Source of the DNA: Amoebophrya sp. A120
Taxonomy: Eukaryota > Protista > Dinoflagellata
Length of the DNA stretch: 64,000 nt
Direction of reading: 5' to 3'
Assembly: GCA_905178155.1 (NCBI GenBank)
Contig: CAJINV010000015.1
Coordinates: 643,309 to 707,308 of the forward strand
Position 1 is the first letter of the stretch; each line of letters begins with the position of its first letter. Made by a program: the position numbers and the translations under genes. Under the pieces are notes generated by a model. That model worked only from the letters and a program-made list of their open reading frames with translations. It was not told the DNA's origin and did no database searches. Of this stretch, positions 1 to 10,606 are shown in pieces.

Positions 1-20
1 AACATATACCACTGTACTAC

Positions 21-772
21 CTTCTGGATGAAATCGATTCACACAAATCGACAGCTTGTCGATTGACCCACCGTGTCTGTGGATAATTAAGTCCTCGATG
101 TAACTTATTTTCGTTGTTGGCTTCACCTTTATTGTAAACTCCAGCAGCGTGCAAACTGGGGCGGCCTGATAGGATGTGTTTTTCCACCGTGATATGATCG
201 TCAAGAAGAGGCAGAAGCAGATCGGGGTTATTTCCCAAATCAATTCAGGGATAGCATGACAACTACGAGTTTGCTCTGCATAGAGGAGAAACAAATTAGT
301 ACGCATGAGAGGTGGATCAAACACAACAACAAATACGAGTTTTATCGTTGCTTGGACTTCCCGGTTGTCTATTATGGGTGTGTCAGGATTGAGATCGGCA
401 GACTGTTGAAATAGTTTGTCATGCATAAAACCGATACCAGTTAGTAGGAGGCCCAGTTATCAAGCGGCGCATGACAAATTTTCCGAGCACCGGAATCCAA
501 TTTGTCATGCTGTTTGGGCACAGAAGACTGCTTTTGTCATGCTACTTTAGCAGCTCTAGTTCAAGCCCTACACAGGCTCACAATCGGCCTCACTTGCCAT
601 TCCGGCAAGACAGGCACTTCATCCCTGGCATTTTATGCATGACAAATCATTTCAACTTTGTCGATGTCAAACCTGACGCTTCCATATCTATTCTTGATGG
701 CGTTATTACTGGGTGGTCGTACTTGGCAGCCTCCTCTACCTTCTCCTTTGCCTTCTTCGATTTTTTACCCAT
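21..772 (-). CDS. Hypothetical protein, 5' part; continues past the left edge of the window
   Basis: ATG at 772. Removing introner 373-686 plus one TSD and GT-AG intron 166-336 gives MGKKSKKAKEKVEEAAKYDHPVITPSRIDNREVQATIKL|AAPVCTLLEFTIKVKPTTKISYIEDLIIHRHGGSIDKLSICVNRFHPE; next GT donor at 20. Confidence 0.6.
373..686. mobile_element. Introner family A
   Basis: TATGG..TCAGG / CCTGA..CCATA TIR, TSD TCTAT. Confidence 0.9.
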
Positions 773-2231
773 CTTGCAGCTTGTGGTGTTTTTTGCTGTC
801 TACTTACTTCTAGCGTAGTAAGTTGTGCCAGACTTCGTGTTGTAGTGGTGGCCCCTAAGAAAAGAGTGGAGAAACAGTATCGAACGCATTATCCCACGAC
901 TCCGACTACGACCTTTTCTATATTAATGTGCGAGGCGACAATAACGATTTTGTCGACGAAAAATCTGAAACTTAAACGAATTTCTCTTCCATCTCATCTC
1001 GCACGACGGACCATCATGCTACCTCTCGACGCACTCAATCTCGTCGCAAATCTCGCGTACCTTCTAGCGCTCTCCGGTAGTTGTGATTCGAATCGCGGTG
1101 ATGCCGATGAATATGGTCACATCAATGTTGCGACGAGTGCGTGTTACCGCTACCTTTGATATTCTGCGACTACAAATTAGCACCGGGTGGAGCAACGAAG
1201 CGACGAGAGCATCAACAAACACACCAAGGGTAGTAGACCAGCACGACTGCCTCGCGGAAGCCGCGGCATTGCCCTTGCGTGTCGTCGCATTTCAAATAGT
1301 ACAGTTTGGACATTTATTCCAGTTTATTATTTTGCTCAGTAAAGGTCATTTGCTCTGTAAAAGTTCTAACCCGTAGTTGGAAGAGTAGTTCGTTGAGTGA
1401 AATTCTGTTACTCTGAAGTCGTCTGCTAAATTGCTAAATCTTTCCTGCTATTAAACCTGGTTTGTTACTCGAAATATTTCCTGCTACTCTGCTGCTGGTG
1501 CTGCAGCTAAAACGTTGTCTGATTTACTTTCCAAAAGTTGTTGTTCCCTCGTCTGCTAGAAGACGAGTCTGCTATAAGCTGTTTCTGATACTGTTAATCT
1601 AAGATATCTGTGAGGTGACTGATTCGGGTAATAAAGTTGTCTGTCACATAGGAGAAGTGTCTGATTTCTCTCTCTCGATAAAGAATCTGATACTGGTTAA
1701 GAACAAAACTGCTGATAAGTCTGTAAAGTGTAAGCTATTCTGAAAATAAGGTAATCTGTGCTCTCACGCGGCGAATGTGTAGTAAACTGGTTTCTGGCAT
1801 GATGTCTGGTGACCACGCCATTCTGATTCTATCCACAAACCACAAAACGTTTTTCTAGTTATAACTGTGTCACATAATTCAACACGCTAAGATTAAAGTT
1901 TAGAATTGTTGTTTTTGTTTCTCTGCCTGTGCATCGGACGATGTGTCTCTGTCTGAAGATTTTTTCGGCGTCTAAATCTGATTAATCACGCATACTGTTC
2001 TGTCTGTTAGCTTATTCCTGCTCTGTGCAACTGTGTAAATCAAAGTTCCAGCAAACTCGTCTTGCATTCCATATAGCTGTCTGATTCTGTATTCTGGCCA
2101 CTAATGCCTCGTCTCATGTCCAGCTTCATTTGCAGGTGGTGCACCTGCCAGTACTGTAGTTTTTACATAATTTACATTGCATTTTTTAAAATGAAGAACT
2201 CACCGTCGTTATCATGCTCTCGCCACCTAAT

Positions 2232-2493
2232 TATGAAGTGCAAAAATGTCTGGGTCTGGAAGAATGCAAGGTTTGTCATGCACATTTTGCATGACCCGTG
2301 ATCTCTGTGGTGTATGCCCCAGCATCACAAATTTTTTGCAGGCATCTTGATGCCTATCCCGCATGAGAAATGCTCTCTACGCGGAGCTAAAACTGGACGC
2401 CTCTTGCTGCTCATGCAATACGGATTTTTTTAGATTCCAAAAATAGCATCACAAGTTGCAATCTTCCAGACCCAGACACTTTTGCAATCCATA
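2232..2493. mobile_element. Introner family B at the CFAP52 stop codon
   Basis: TIR TGCAAAA.TGTCTGGGTCTGGAA, TSD CTAAT (contains the TAG stop on the minus strand). Confidence 0.9.
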
Positions 2494-5400
2494 CTAATCC
2501 AGCTGACTCAAGTCATTCATCTTCTCCTGCGCCTCCGCCGGCACCTTCCAGATGAAGATCGCGCCCTCCGAGCCGACCGAGACGAGGCACGTGTTGTCCG
2601 GCGCGAGCGCAACCCCGTTGATGGAGCCGGAATGCCCGAGACCGATCCCGCACGGCAGGCCGAGGTCGTAGTCCCAGAGTTTCACCATGCGGTCCTGACT
2701 ACCCGCGGCGAAGTGCGAACCCGAGGAAGATATCAAATGCAAATGTGTCATCTGGGCCTGGAAAGATTCCGAGATTTGTCATGCAGTTTTTCCAATCTGC
2801 GCCAAGTCTGGAAAGCAGGGCCTAGCATGATCACAGGTTCTGCAGCCCCTTGGTGATGCCCATTCTGCATGAGATACATGCCCTCTCGGCATGGCGAGAA
2901 GTGGGGACCTTTTGCAAGAAGTCATGCAACACAGATTTTTGTATGATCCGCAACACGCGTCACAAGTTCGCATCCTTCCAGACCCAGACACTTCTGCAGT
3001 TGATAGAAGACATGGAGAGAGTGGCCAGCTCGCCCTCGATCGAGCCCTCCAGGACCCGGATGGCCTGCCCGTCAAAGGTGTCCCAGTACGTGATTTTCCT
3101 GTTATTTTCACGACATTTACGTTCGTTTACCGAAAGACGAAGTCATGCTGCATGAGACAACATAATGCCCATTTGTCATGCTACCTAAATCACTATCTAG
3201 TAGAATAACAGCCACAATATTTCAATCCATACCTGTCCGTTCCGGTGGTCAAGATCTGACTCTCGTCTGGGTGGTAGGCCATAGCCTTAAACTGCGTTGA
3301 CTCGAACAGGCAGAGGGATCGCGTCTTGGAATCCAGGTCCCACAGAATGCAGCTACCGTCCGATGAAGAGGTGAAGGCCTGATAGTTTCGATTATAAACA
3401 GCTTAGTACACAGGAGCCGCGCACCATCAACACCATGTTTGTCATGCAATACACCATCAAAGTAAACAGCTCGAGCGCCGCCGCACTCGCGACGTCGCGT
3501 GAGAAGATGTTGATGGAAAAAAAGCGAAGTTGAAGAGAAGTCTACTTTTGTTTCATCACTTGCAGCATGCAATCTCACACGTCGTCCCTAGAAATTTAAA
3601 TGGAATTTCGATATAGGTACCTTCTTGTCATCCTTTGTGAGGTATGGATTGTAAAAGTGTCTGGGTCTGGAAGGTTGGAACTTGTAATGCTAGCTTTCCA
3701 TACCTAGAAAATCTGTATTGCATAACCAACAAAAGTCGCAGCCTCTTTTGTCATGCAAAAACGCAGCTTCTCATGCGGATCGCCTATGAGAAAGCGTTTT
3801 GGGAAGTTGTCGTGCCGAACTGCATTCGGAAGTGTTTTCATCATGCACATTTTGGCATCACAAGTTTCCAGACCCAGATATTTTTGCATTTGATATGAGG
3901 CAGATGCTCCACACTCTCCCTCTGTGCTCCTTCAGGGATGCTTCCATGGACTGGCTCTGCCCGCCTAACCTCCATACTCTGACTTCGCCCTCCATTCCGC
4001 CCGTGACTAGTCTTGTTCCCGTGCACGTGGTAGCGATAGCCGTGCACTGAAGGTTGTTGTTGATTTCGTTTTCCTATTCGAAGAAAGCGTGCACGACAAA
4101 AATTATAATCTACCTCATCTCTCATGCTGATCCCATGTTGTCACGCATCACAAGTTCCTGAAGTTGTTCGAAATTAAAGCAACAAGCAATAGCAAAGAGC
4201 GTCAAATAAATAAAAACTGTACCCCGTTCCTGTGTGCGTCGTTGATAACGTACTGCAATCGGCCACTTTGCGGCAAGAACGACCTGACTTTGCCGTCGCT
4301 CCACCCTGTGAGGATGGAGGACCCGTCGTAACTAAAGTCCAACGCGTGGCACTCGACGTTCGGCACCTGGATGCGCAGAAGCTCTTGCCTCTGCAATATC
4401 AAAAGGAAAAATTCCCCCTCCCCATATCGAGGACGAAACTTGTGATGCTGTATATGAGTACACAGGTCGACTTGTATTGCTAGAAGGCCGAGAGCCGCAG
4501 CTGTGGCCTCGTTTGCAGGCAATTGCCATGCTGTCTCCTAATTCCAGCCGCCTCCTGTAATGCTGAAGACGCAAGGCCTTCCCACGCCGCCAAGCACTAC
4601 AGTGTCTACAACATCCTTTCCCTTCTAGCATGACAAAGCTGATTTGTGGCCACAGATCCGCATCACAGATTTCCGTTGGACGAGGGGAGATTTTTCTTCT
4701 TGATATGCAAGGCGTCCCACACTCGGATGTCGCTGCAGGAGGACGTCTATGCATTGCAAAAGTATCGCACAACTCGTAGTAATCCCAGACATGCATGACA
4801 AAGCTGGTTTCCTATACTGATTTAGCATTTACAAATTGCACTTTTTATGTCGCGGAAATTTATCATGCGTTTAATTACTACTTTTGAGATACTTTTGCAA
4901 TGCATAAGGTCACGAAGACTCGGGAAAACCCCCTTGGGAACTTGACCGCGTTAATGCGCTCGAAGTGGCAGGAGTTTCGGAGCTCGGCCTTAAAAGTATC
5001 CAGGTTCACCCAGTACATGTTCGCCTTGTCCGTACCGACGAACCTGAGAAAGTATTTTCATGGTCGTTGAGGGCTTTTGATGAAAATTTCCAATGACAAA
5101 ATTTGTAATGCTGATGTACCTTACGAATACGAAAAAGGTTCTACTTAATGCATGATTGCAATACGAGTACGATACTTTTGCACAGGATACGAGTAAGTTA
5201 GTACATGTGTGTGTTGTCGGCCGTTTTTGCGATAGAGGTAACACCACCCATCAGTGGTTCCTTGGTCATTGCTCTCACAGAAAGGTCTGCTGCGCTGAAT
5301 TTTACCTGGCAAGAAATCATGTGACAACTTTCAACTTTGATGGACATGATCCTTGCTGTTGATCGCATTTTTCGTGGTGTCGATCATGCAGCACAAACTC

Positions 5401-7873
5401 ACGTCTTCAGACCCACAAGCGGCACCATGGCCGCGAAATTCATCTGTACCAACAGCCCCGCCCCTGTTCCGCAGATGATGTCTCCGTTGTCCAGGATTAG
5501 TGTGGCGGTGATTCCCAATGAGAAGTTCTTCTTGTTCCCCGCAGACCGCTTGTAGAGGCATCGGCCGAGCTGGATCTGCAGCAGGTCACCGGTTTTCGTG
5601 CCGCAGTAAGCAAACTCATCCGCTTATGCATTGCAAATATGTCTGGGTCTGGAAACCTGTGATGCTGAATTGAGCACGAGTGAAGCGCTTGCAATGGCAG
5701 CCAAGCATGACAAGTTTTTGAAACGCCTGCTGATGCCTAGCACGCATCACAAATAATTGCGTTTTTGCATGACAAAGAGAGTTCCGCTTTTGCTGCTCAT
5801 GCAACACAGATTTTCCAGGAATGCAAGACACGCGCCACAAGTTCCACTGTTCCAGACCCAGACATATTTACATTTGATACCGTTGCGTCAATCACTAAGT
5901 TCGTTGTCTGCCGCTTCAGTTGACCTGATAATTGATTTCATATAATGCAGTGAGTTCTGAATATGAAAAATGAATTTATCGTGCAGCAACTGCAAGAACA
6001 GGACCGCGGACGATCGAAAAAGAACGGCATGCGGAAAGAACCAAACACCTCCTGTCAAGTGATGGCAATCGCCTTTGATGGCTGATGTAAAAGATGATTA
6101 GTTGTAGCGAGTAAGTACATCTACATATCAACAAATCTATACCGAGTGCACAGGGCGTTGGTCGGATTTTCTTGTTTTGCAGGTCGATGCGCCACGAGGT
6201 AACGTGATAGTTTCCCGCGTATCACAGGAAAAAGTGTTGACGTAAACAGAATTTGTAATGCGGTAACGCATGACAACACGCGCCCAGATTTGTCATGCAT
6301 AGCATGCACGCCAGGCACGATTTGTCATGCATATTTGCAATCTATGAAAACCGTTAACGTTAAGACTTTTTCCTGTGATACCGCGGTGACGAGTTTCATG
6401 CTGTCGTTGTTGAAAAACTTGACATATCCTGTGCAAAAGTATCGCACTCGTAGTAATTGCAGTCATACATTACAAATCTCTTTCTTCAGGCAAATCTGCA
6501 TTACAAATTTAATTTCTCATGCTAAGAAAATTTGTAATGCAATCCATACTACTACGATGCTTTCGCATTTCATATGACACAATGCGCGCTGTCATTGCCC
6601 GCTGGGGTTCCGCAGATGGCCGAGCCTGTGGATCGAATTCATTTGGATGGATAATTTAGAAGGTGGCTGGTTTTGCTGTTGCTCTTGCTGTGCATAAAAA
6701 TCTTCATGCATGGGCATCAGCATGACAAACACAACTACAAACAGATGGATCGATGGGTCGATCGTGATAATTCGTATTTCGTAAAGTTCGAGGAAAAATG
6801 CAAAAGAAATAGTACCGTTCTGCATGTCCCACACTACCAATGAGTTGTCGTCCTGCCCACCGAGCGATGCGAGGAAGAGTTCGTCGGGCGAGAAGCAGAG
6901 CGCCTTGACTTCGACTTTGTGCAGGTTGAGTCGGTATCTTTCTTTTCTCTGGTTGAAATCCCAGACAATGATGTCTGCATTGAAGCCCATGAAGGTGCAT
7001 TGACCTTTTCATGTTAGTTTGTTTCAAGATCAAGCAACATGATGTTGCGGAGTACGAGTAGAAGCAAGTAAGAAGTACCTACGCATGTAGTTGGCAGTCT
7101 CCATCTGAGTCATGCTCATGCGTTGATATTGCGGCGCATGACAACATTAAAATAATTTCAAACAGCACAATCACGGTAGAGGTACCTGACGCCATGAGGT
7201 CTCCTGATTGTGATACCGTGATGCAGTTAACATCGTTATCGTGCCCCTGCAGAAAGCTCTGCGTTCGCTGGATCACGTTTCGTACCTGTAGTTTTTGTCA
7301 TACTATTTTTGTCAGTGTCTAGCAGCTTTATTCATCATACGGAAGAAGTAGTTCCGCAACACAAGATTTCTTATTTTTCCTGGAAGAATGGAAGCTGGAT
7401 GTTGTTTCGCAATACAAAAAATCAAAGGAGCGCGCTGCTCGTTCTCGAAGCAGGTTTGAATACCACGACGGTGCATCCCAGCGGAAAAATGAGGTGTTCG
7501 TTGTCGGGGTGTAGGACCAGCCCACTGGATATGAGATTGCACAACTCCTCTTGTTTCCCTCGTCTGAAGATGTCATGCAAGATACCACACGAACACCCAC
7601 ACTCTGCCTCGCGGCGCTGCTTGCATGACAGGTTCATCCGAAAAGTAAAGACGCGAAATAGAACCACGCCGCGACGCTTATTTCTTTGAATTTGTCATGC
7701 AGATCATCATGCAGGAGACGCTGCGTGTGCGCCGTTCTCTTTCTTGCCACCGCTACTTCTGTTGCTGTGAATGCACTCCAAATAGAGGGAAAACAGAAGC
7801 TGTGCACCCGGATACTTGGCACGGTGCCCTTGAACCCGATGACGGCTTGGAGCTCAAGCGCGTCAGACGCCAT
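2494..7873 (-). CDS. CFAP52: Cilia- and flagella-associated protein 52 (WDR16), WD40 repeat protein, multi-exon
   Basis: Exons give LELQAVIGFKGTVPSGLVLHPDNEHLIFPLGCTVV, FLQGHDNDVNC, FMGFNADIIVWDF, LHKVEVKALCFSPDELFLASLGGQDDNSLVVW, TGWSDGKVRSFLPQSGRL, YHPDESQILTTGTDRKITYWDTFDG, GHSGSINGVALAPDNTCLVSVGSEGAIFIWK, closely matching CFAP52 as I recall it; both GT-AG and introner introns. Confidence 0.93.
2731..3005. mobile_element. Introner family B
   Basis: TAT..ATA ends, family B TIR, TSD GAAGA. Confidence 0.9.
3103..3231. mobile_element. Decayed introner that now reads as a GT-AG intron (3099-3232, minus strand)
   Basis: TAT..ATA ends, perfect TSD CCTGT, internal TTTGTCATGC, TIR lost. Confidence 0.7.
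3643..3895. mobile_element. Introner family B, reverse orientation
   Basis: TSD TGAGG, family B TIR. Confidence 0.9.
4397..4705. mobile_element. Introner family D
   Basis: TIR TATCAA..GAAAA.T.CCCCCTC, TSD TGCAA. Confidence 0.88.
4748..4906. mobile_element. Introner family C
   Basis: TIR TATGCATTGCAAAAGTATC, TSD ACGTC/AGGTC. Confidence 0.88.
5625..5879. mobile_element. Introner family B
   Basis: TSD CCGCT/CCGTT, family B TIR. Confidence 0.88.
6220..6380. mobile_element. Introner family J
   Basis: TIR TATCACAGGAAAAAGT, TSD CCGCG. Confidence 0.88.
6425..6574. mobile_element. Introner family C
   Basis: TSD TGACA, family C TIR. Confidence 0.88.
7530..7814. mobile_element. Introner, minor family (CFAP52 intron 1)
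   Basis: TAT..TGCACA / TGTGCA..ATA ends, TSD CTGGA/CTTGG; removal gives TVPSGLVLHPD. Confidence 0.8.
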
Positions 7874-9839
7874 TTTTTTGATTCCTATAGCTTATTTGAT
7901 GTCCAAATTGTTGTACTATTCGAAGATTTTTGGTTTATTATTGCTCCCCCCCAAAAAAAAACTGTGGTTGTGATTGTGAATTGATATTGAATTCGACGTC
8001 GAAAAAATGAAAATAATGATTCGACGGTGGACGACATAAATACAAGGCGAGCAATGCACGACAAAAATACAAATCTTCTTTTCACGACGACGACCCACGG
8101 CTTTCGTACTTGCAGCGAATGCGAAATATTAAACGAGCAAAAAGCTTTTCAAATTGTCAATCATCAATGATGCTTCATCTATCTTCTATTCGCTCCAACA
8201 TGGAGTCCAAAAATTGACGCTCAGAAAATTGATCACGTACGACGAAAACTACACATGTTCATACGTCCTCGCGCCGTGCGGATAGAGACAGGTAAACACA
8301 TACGCCTTAGTTATAGATATAGTTCATCTCATACTGTCGCTGTCCTAGTAATCCTAGTCGTATTTTTCAAGTTTTACAGAGCTTCATGTTCATCTTTCTC
8401 ACAGTAGCCAAGAACTTTATTTCATCTCCAGTGCTCTCATCATCTTCCAACAACTCTACTCGTCGCTCTCGGGTCGTCAGGCTCCTCTCAGAAGTCAACA
8501 TACATCAGAACTCGGGTTCTTGAGAGTAACAAGACGACGTCAACAGCGTCACTTTGTTCGGTAGTTTCCTACGTCTTTCTTCTAGACCACGACGCTACAT
8601 GGTCAAGGAAAACGTATGGAACTCCGTGTTTTTTGGAGCTGCGCCGAACATGCTGGGTGAAGCATGGCTGCGCACCGAAAACTGCAGCCTCCTACCTTGT
8701 TACAGAAAACTGCTACGCCCAGGCTCGCAACGTAGTAGAGGAGACGTCGACGCATGTAAGTAAAAATGGTTCTAGTACCCTGAAACATTGACAACGGAAG
8801 TGATTTTTCCTTAGACAGTTTCTAATTGTATCTGTAATTCACTCGAAAAAGAACTTTTTTCTCGTGTCTAATTGTCCACCTTGACAAAGTCCTCCAACTG
8901 GACTGCCACAGACGCTTAGTTTCTGAAAATATTCTTCGGATTTGTCCGGGTCATAGACACAGTGAGCTCCTAATACTATTAGTGATAGTTAGGTGATGCA
9001 ACTGCTGTCGATGTGGTCATCCCTCATTCACGACCCGATTTTGAAACAGGGAAAAATCGTCGATATGCTCTACCTAGCGATGTCGGTTGAACTTACATAG
9101 ATCCTGTTCGGGACTACATCATAAAATTCCATAGTCTTCCTACCATGAAACTCTATTAAATATCTGCAATTTGTATTCCGGAAACAAAAAAGGAGCGCAC
9201 CAGTGGAGCTGGCTGCTGCTTCTTTCTTAGTCGAGTCGTTTTAGATGATAGCTTGCGGCTATAATTATCCGCGTGCTCTTCTTCAGCGAGCGAAGATGTT
9301 GTGGTCTCCGTCTTCGCGGCACCACGGGGTGCGCGCTAAGTGAAGATAGAAAGATACAAGCTGGCTAGGCATCTTCGGCTTTCTTACATATCAGTGCTGA
9401 AAAAAAACAACAAATGGATCATCATGAAATTGTAGCTTCTTTGAGAATAACTTCAATTCTCGCCATTACGCAAATATGTATTTGCAAGGCGTGTGAAATT
9501 GAGCTCATGATACCACTCTAAAAAAACGAGAGCCAGAAGTGCTTTCAAGTAGATTTTCGTACAGGATATTTGAATGTGAAAGCACCACCGTCTAAGATCA
9601 AATGAAAGTCGACGAGACTTCTGGTTCTTGTCGACCTTATTCTTGCTGTAGCGACGTGAGATTTTTACATAAGATTCTACATGTCTTTATTCCATCCTTC
9701 ACCTCGAAGGTAGATTGATATAGATAAGTGACCGTCTTGAGCGATAAAAAAAAGTGCGAAAAATCAACATCACCGAAGAAGAGGAGTAGCAGTTGTCGTG
9801 CAGATTCTGCGAGGACCATGGTGAACTACTTACATCACA

Positions 9840-10160
9840 TATCAAAAGGAAAAATCCCCCCTCCCCATACTGAAAAGGTATATTTTTGGAAATTTGTAAT
9901 GCTGATTTGCGGCCAAAATCGAGTCTGTCTTGCAAGAACGCAACTCCGCAGACAACCGCCGCATTGCGCAGGCGGTTTGTCATGCTGTTGGGCTTACAGA
10001 GCTAACATCTGTCATGCTAGTCGCCTACGTCCAAACCTCCCGACTCAGGCTTGGCATATGCCTGGAGTCCTCTCTAGCAAGACAGACCTGATTTGTGTAC
10101 GCAAATCCAGCATCAGAAATTTCGTTTCGATATGGGGAGGGGGGATTTTTTCCTTTGATA
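9840..10160. mobile_element. Introner family D; host gene not identified
   Basis: Near-perfect TIR TATCAAAGGAAAAATCCCCCCTCCCCATA, TSD TCACA. Confidence 0.9.
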
Positions 10161-10606
10161 TCACAAGTACCACTTCTCCCCCGGCGGTGCCCTTGGCTTC
10201 GTTCGGCTTTCTTGTGAAAGCGAGAAAAGAATAAAAACAGAATGTCCAAGAACGACTAAAGGCGTGGAAAAAAAAATAAATCGAAACAGAAATTTTTCCA
10301 GAAAGAAAAATTTCGCTCTTTGCAGCAAAAAAACTTAAACCTGTATAGTCTAAGTCTTTTTACTGCAAGAAAGAAGAAAAAAGAGCCGGAGGACACTACT
10401 TGTAAGGGAAAGAGATAAAGGTCACAGCTGCGCACTTTATTCTTTTCACCGCGCGGTCTTATTTTATTTCTTTCTTTACACGAGGTCGTTATATCAATAT
10501 TGCAATTCCAATTTTTGTATTAGTATTTTTGTATTTTGTCGTATTCGATGTACTAGGTCGCACAACTATCCAAGAGTTGTCATGATCTTCTCACTATCGG
10601 CTTTAT

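Noticed and set aside
1380-2100. GTCTG/TCTG-enriched AT-rich intergenic region
   Set aside because: No ORF, periodicity or termini could be defined.
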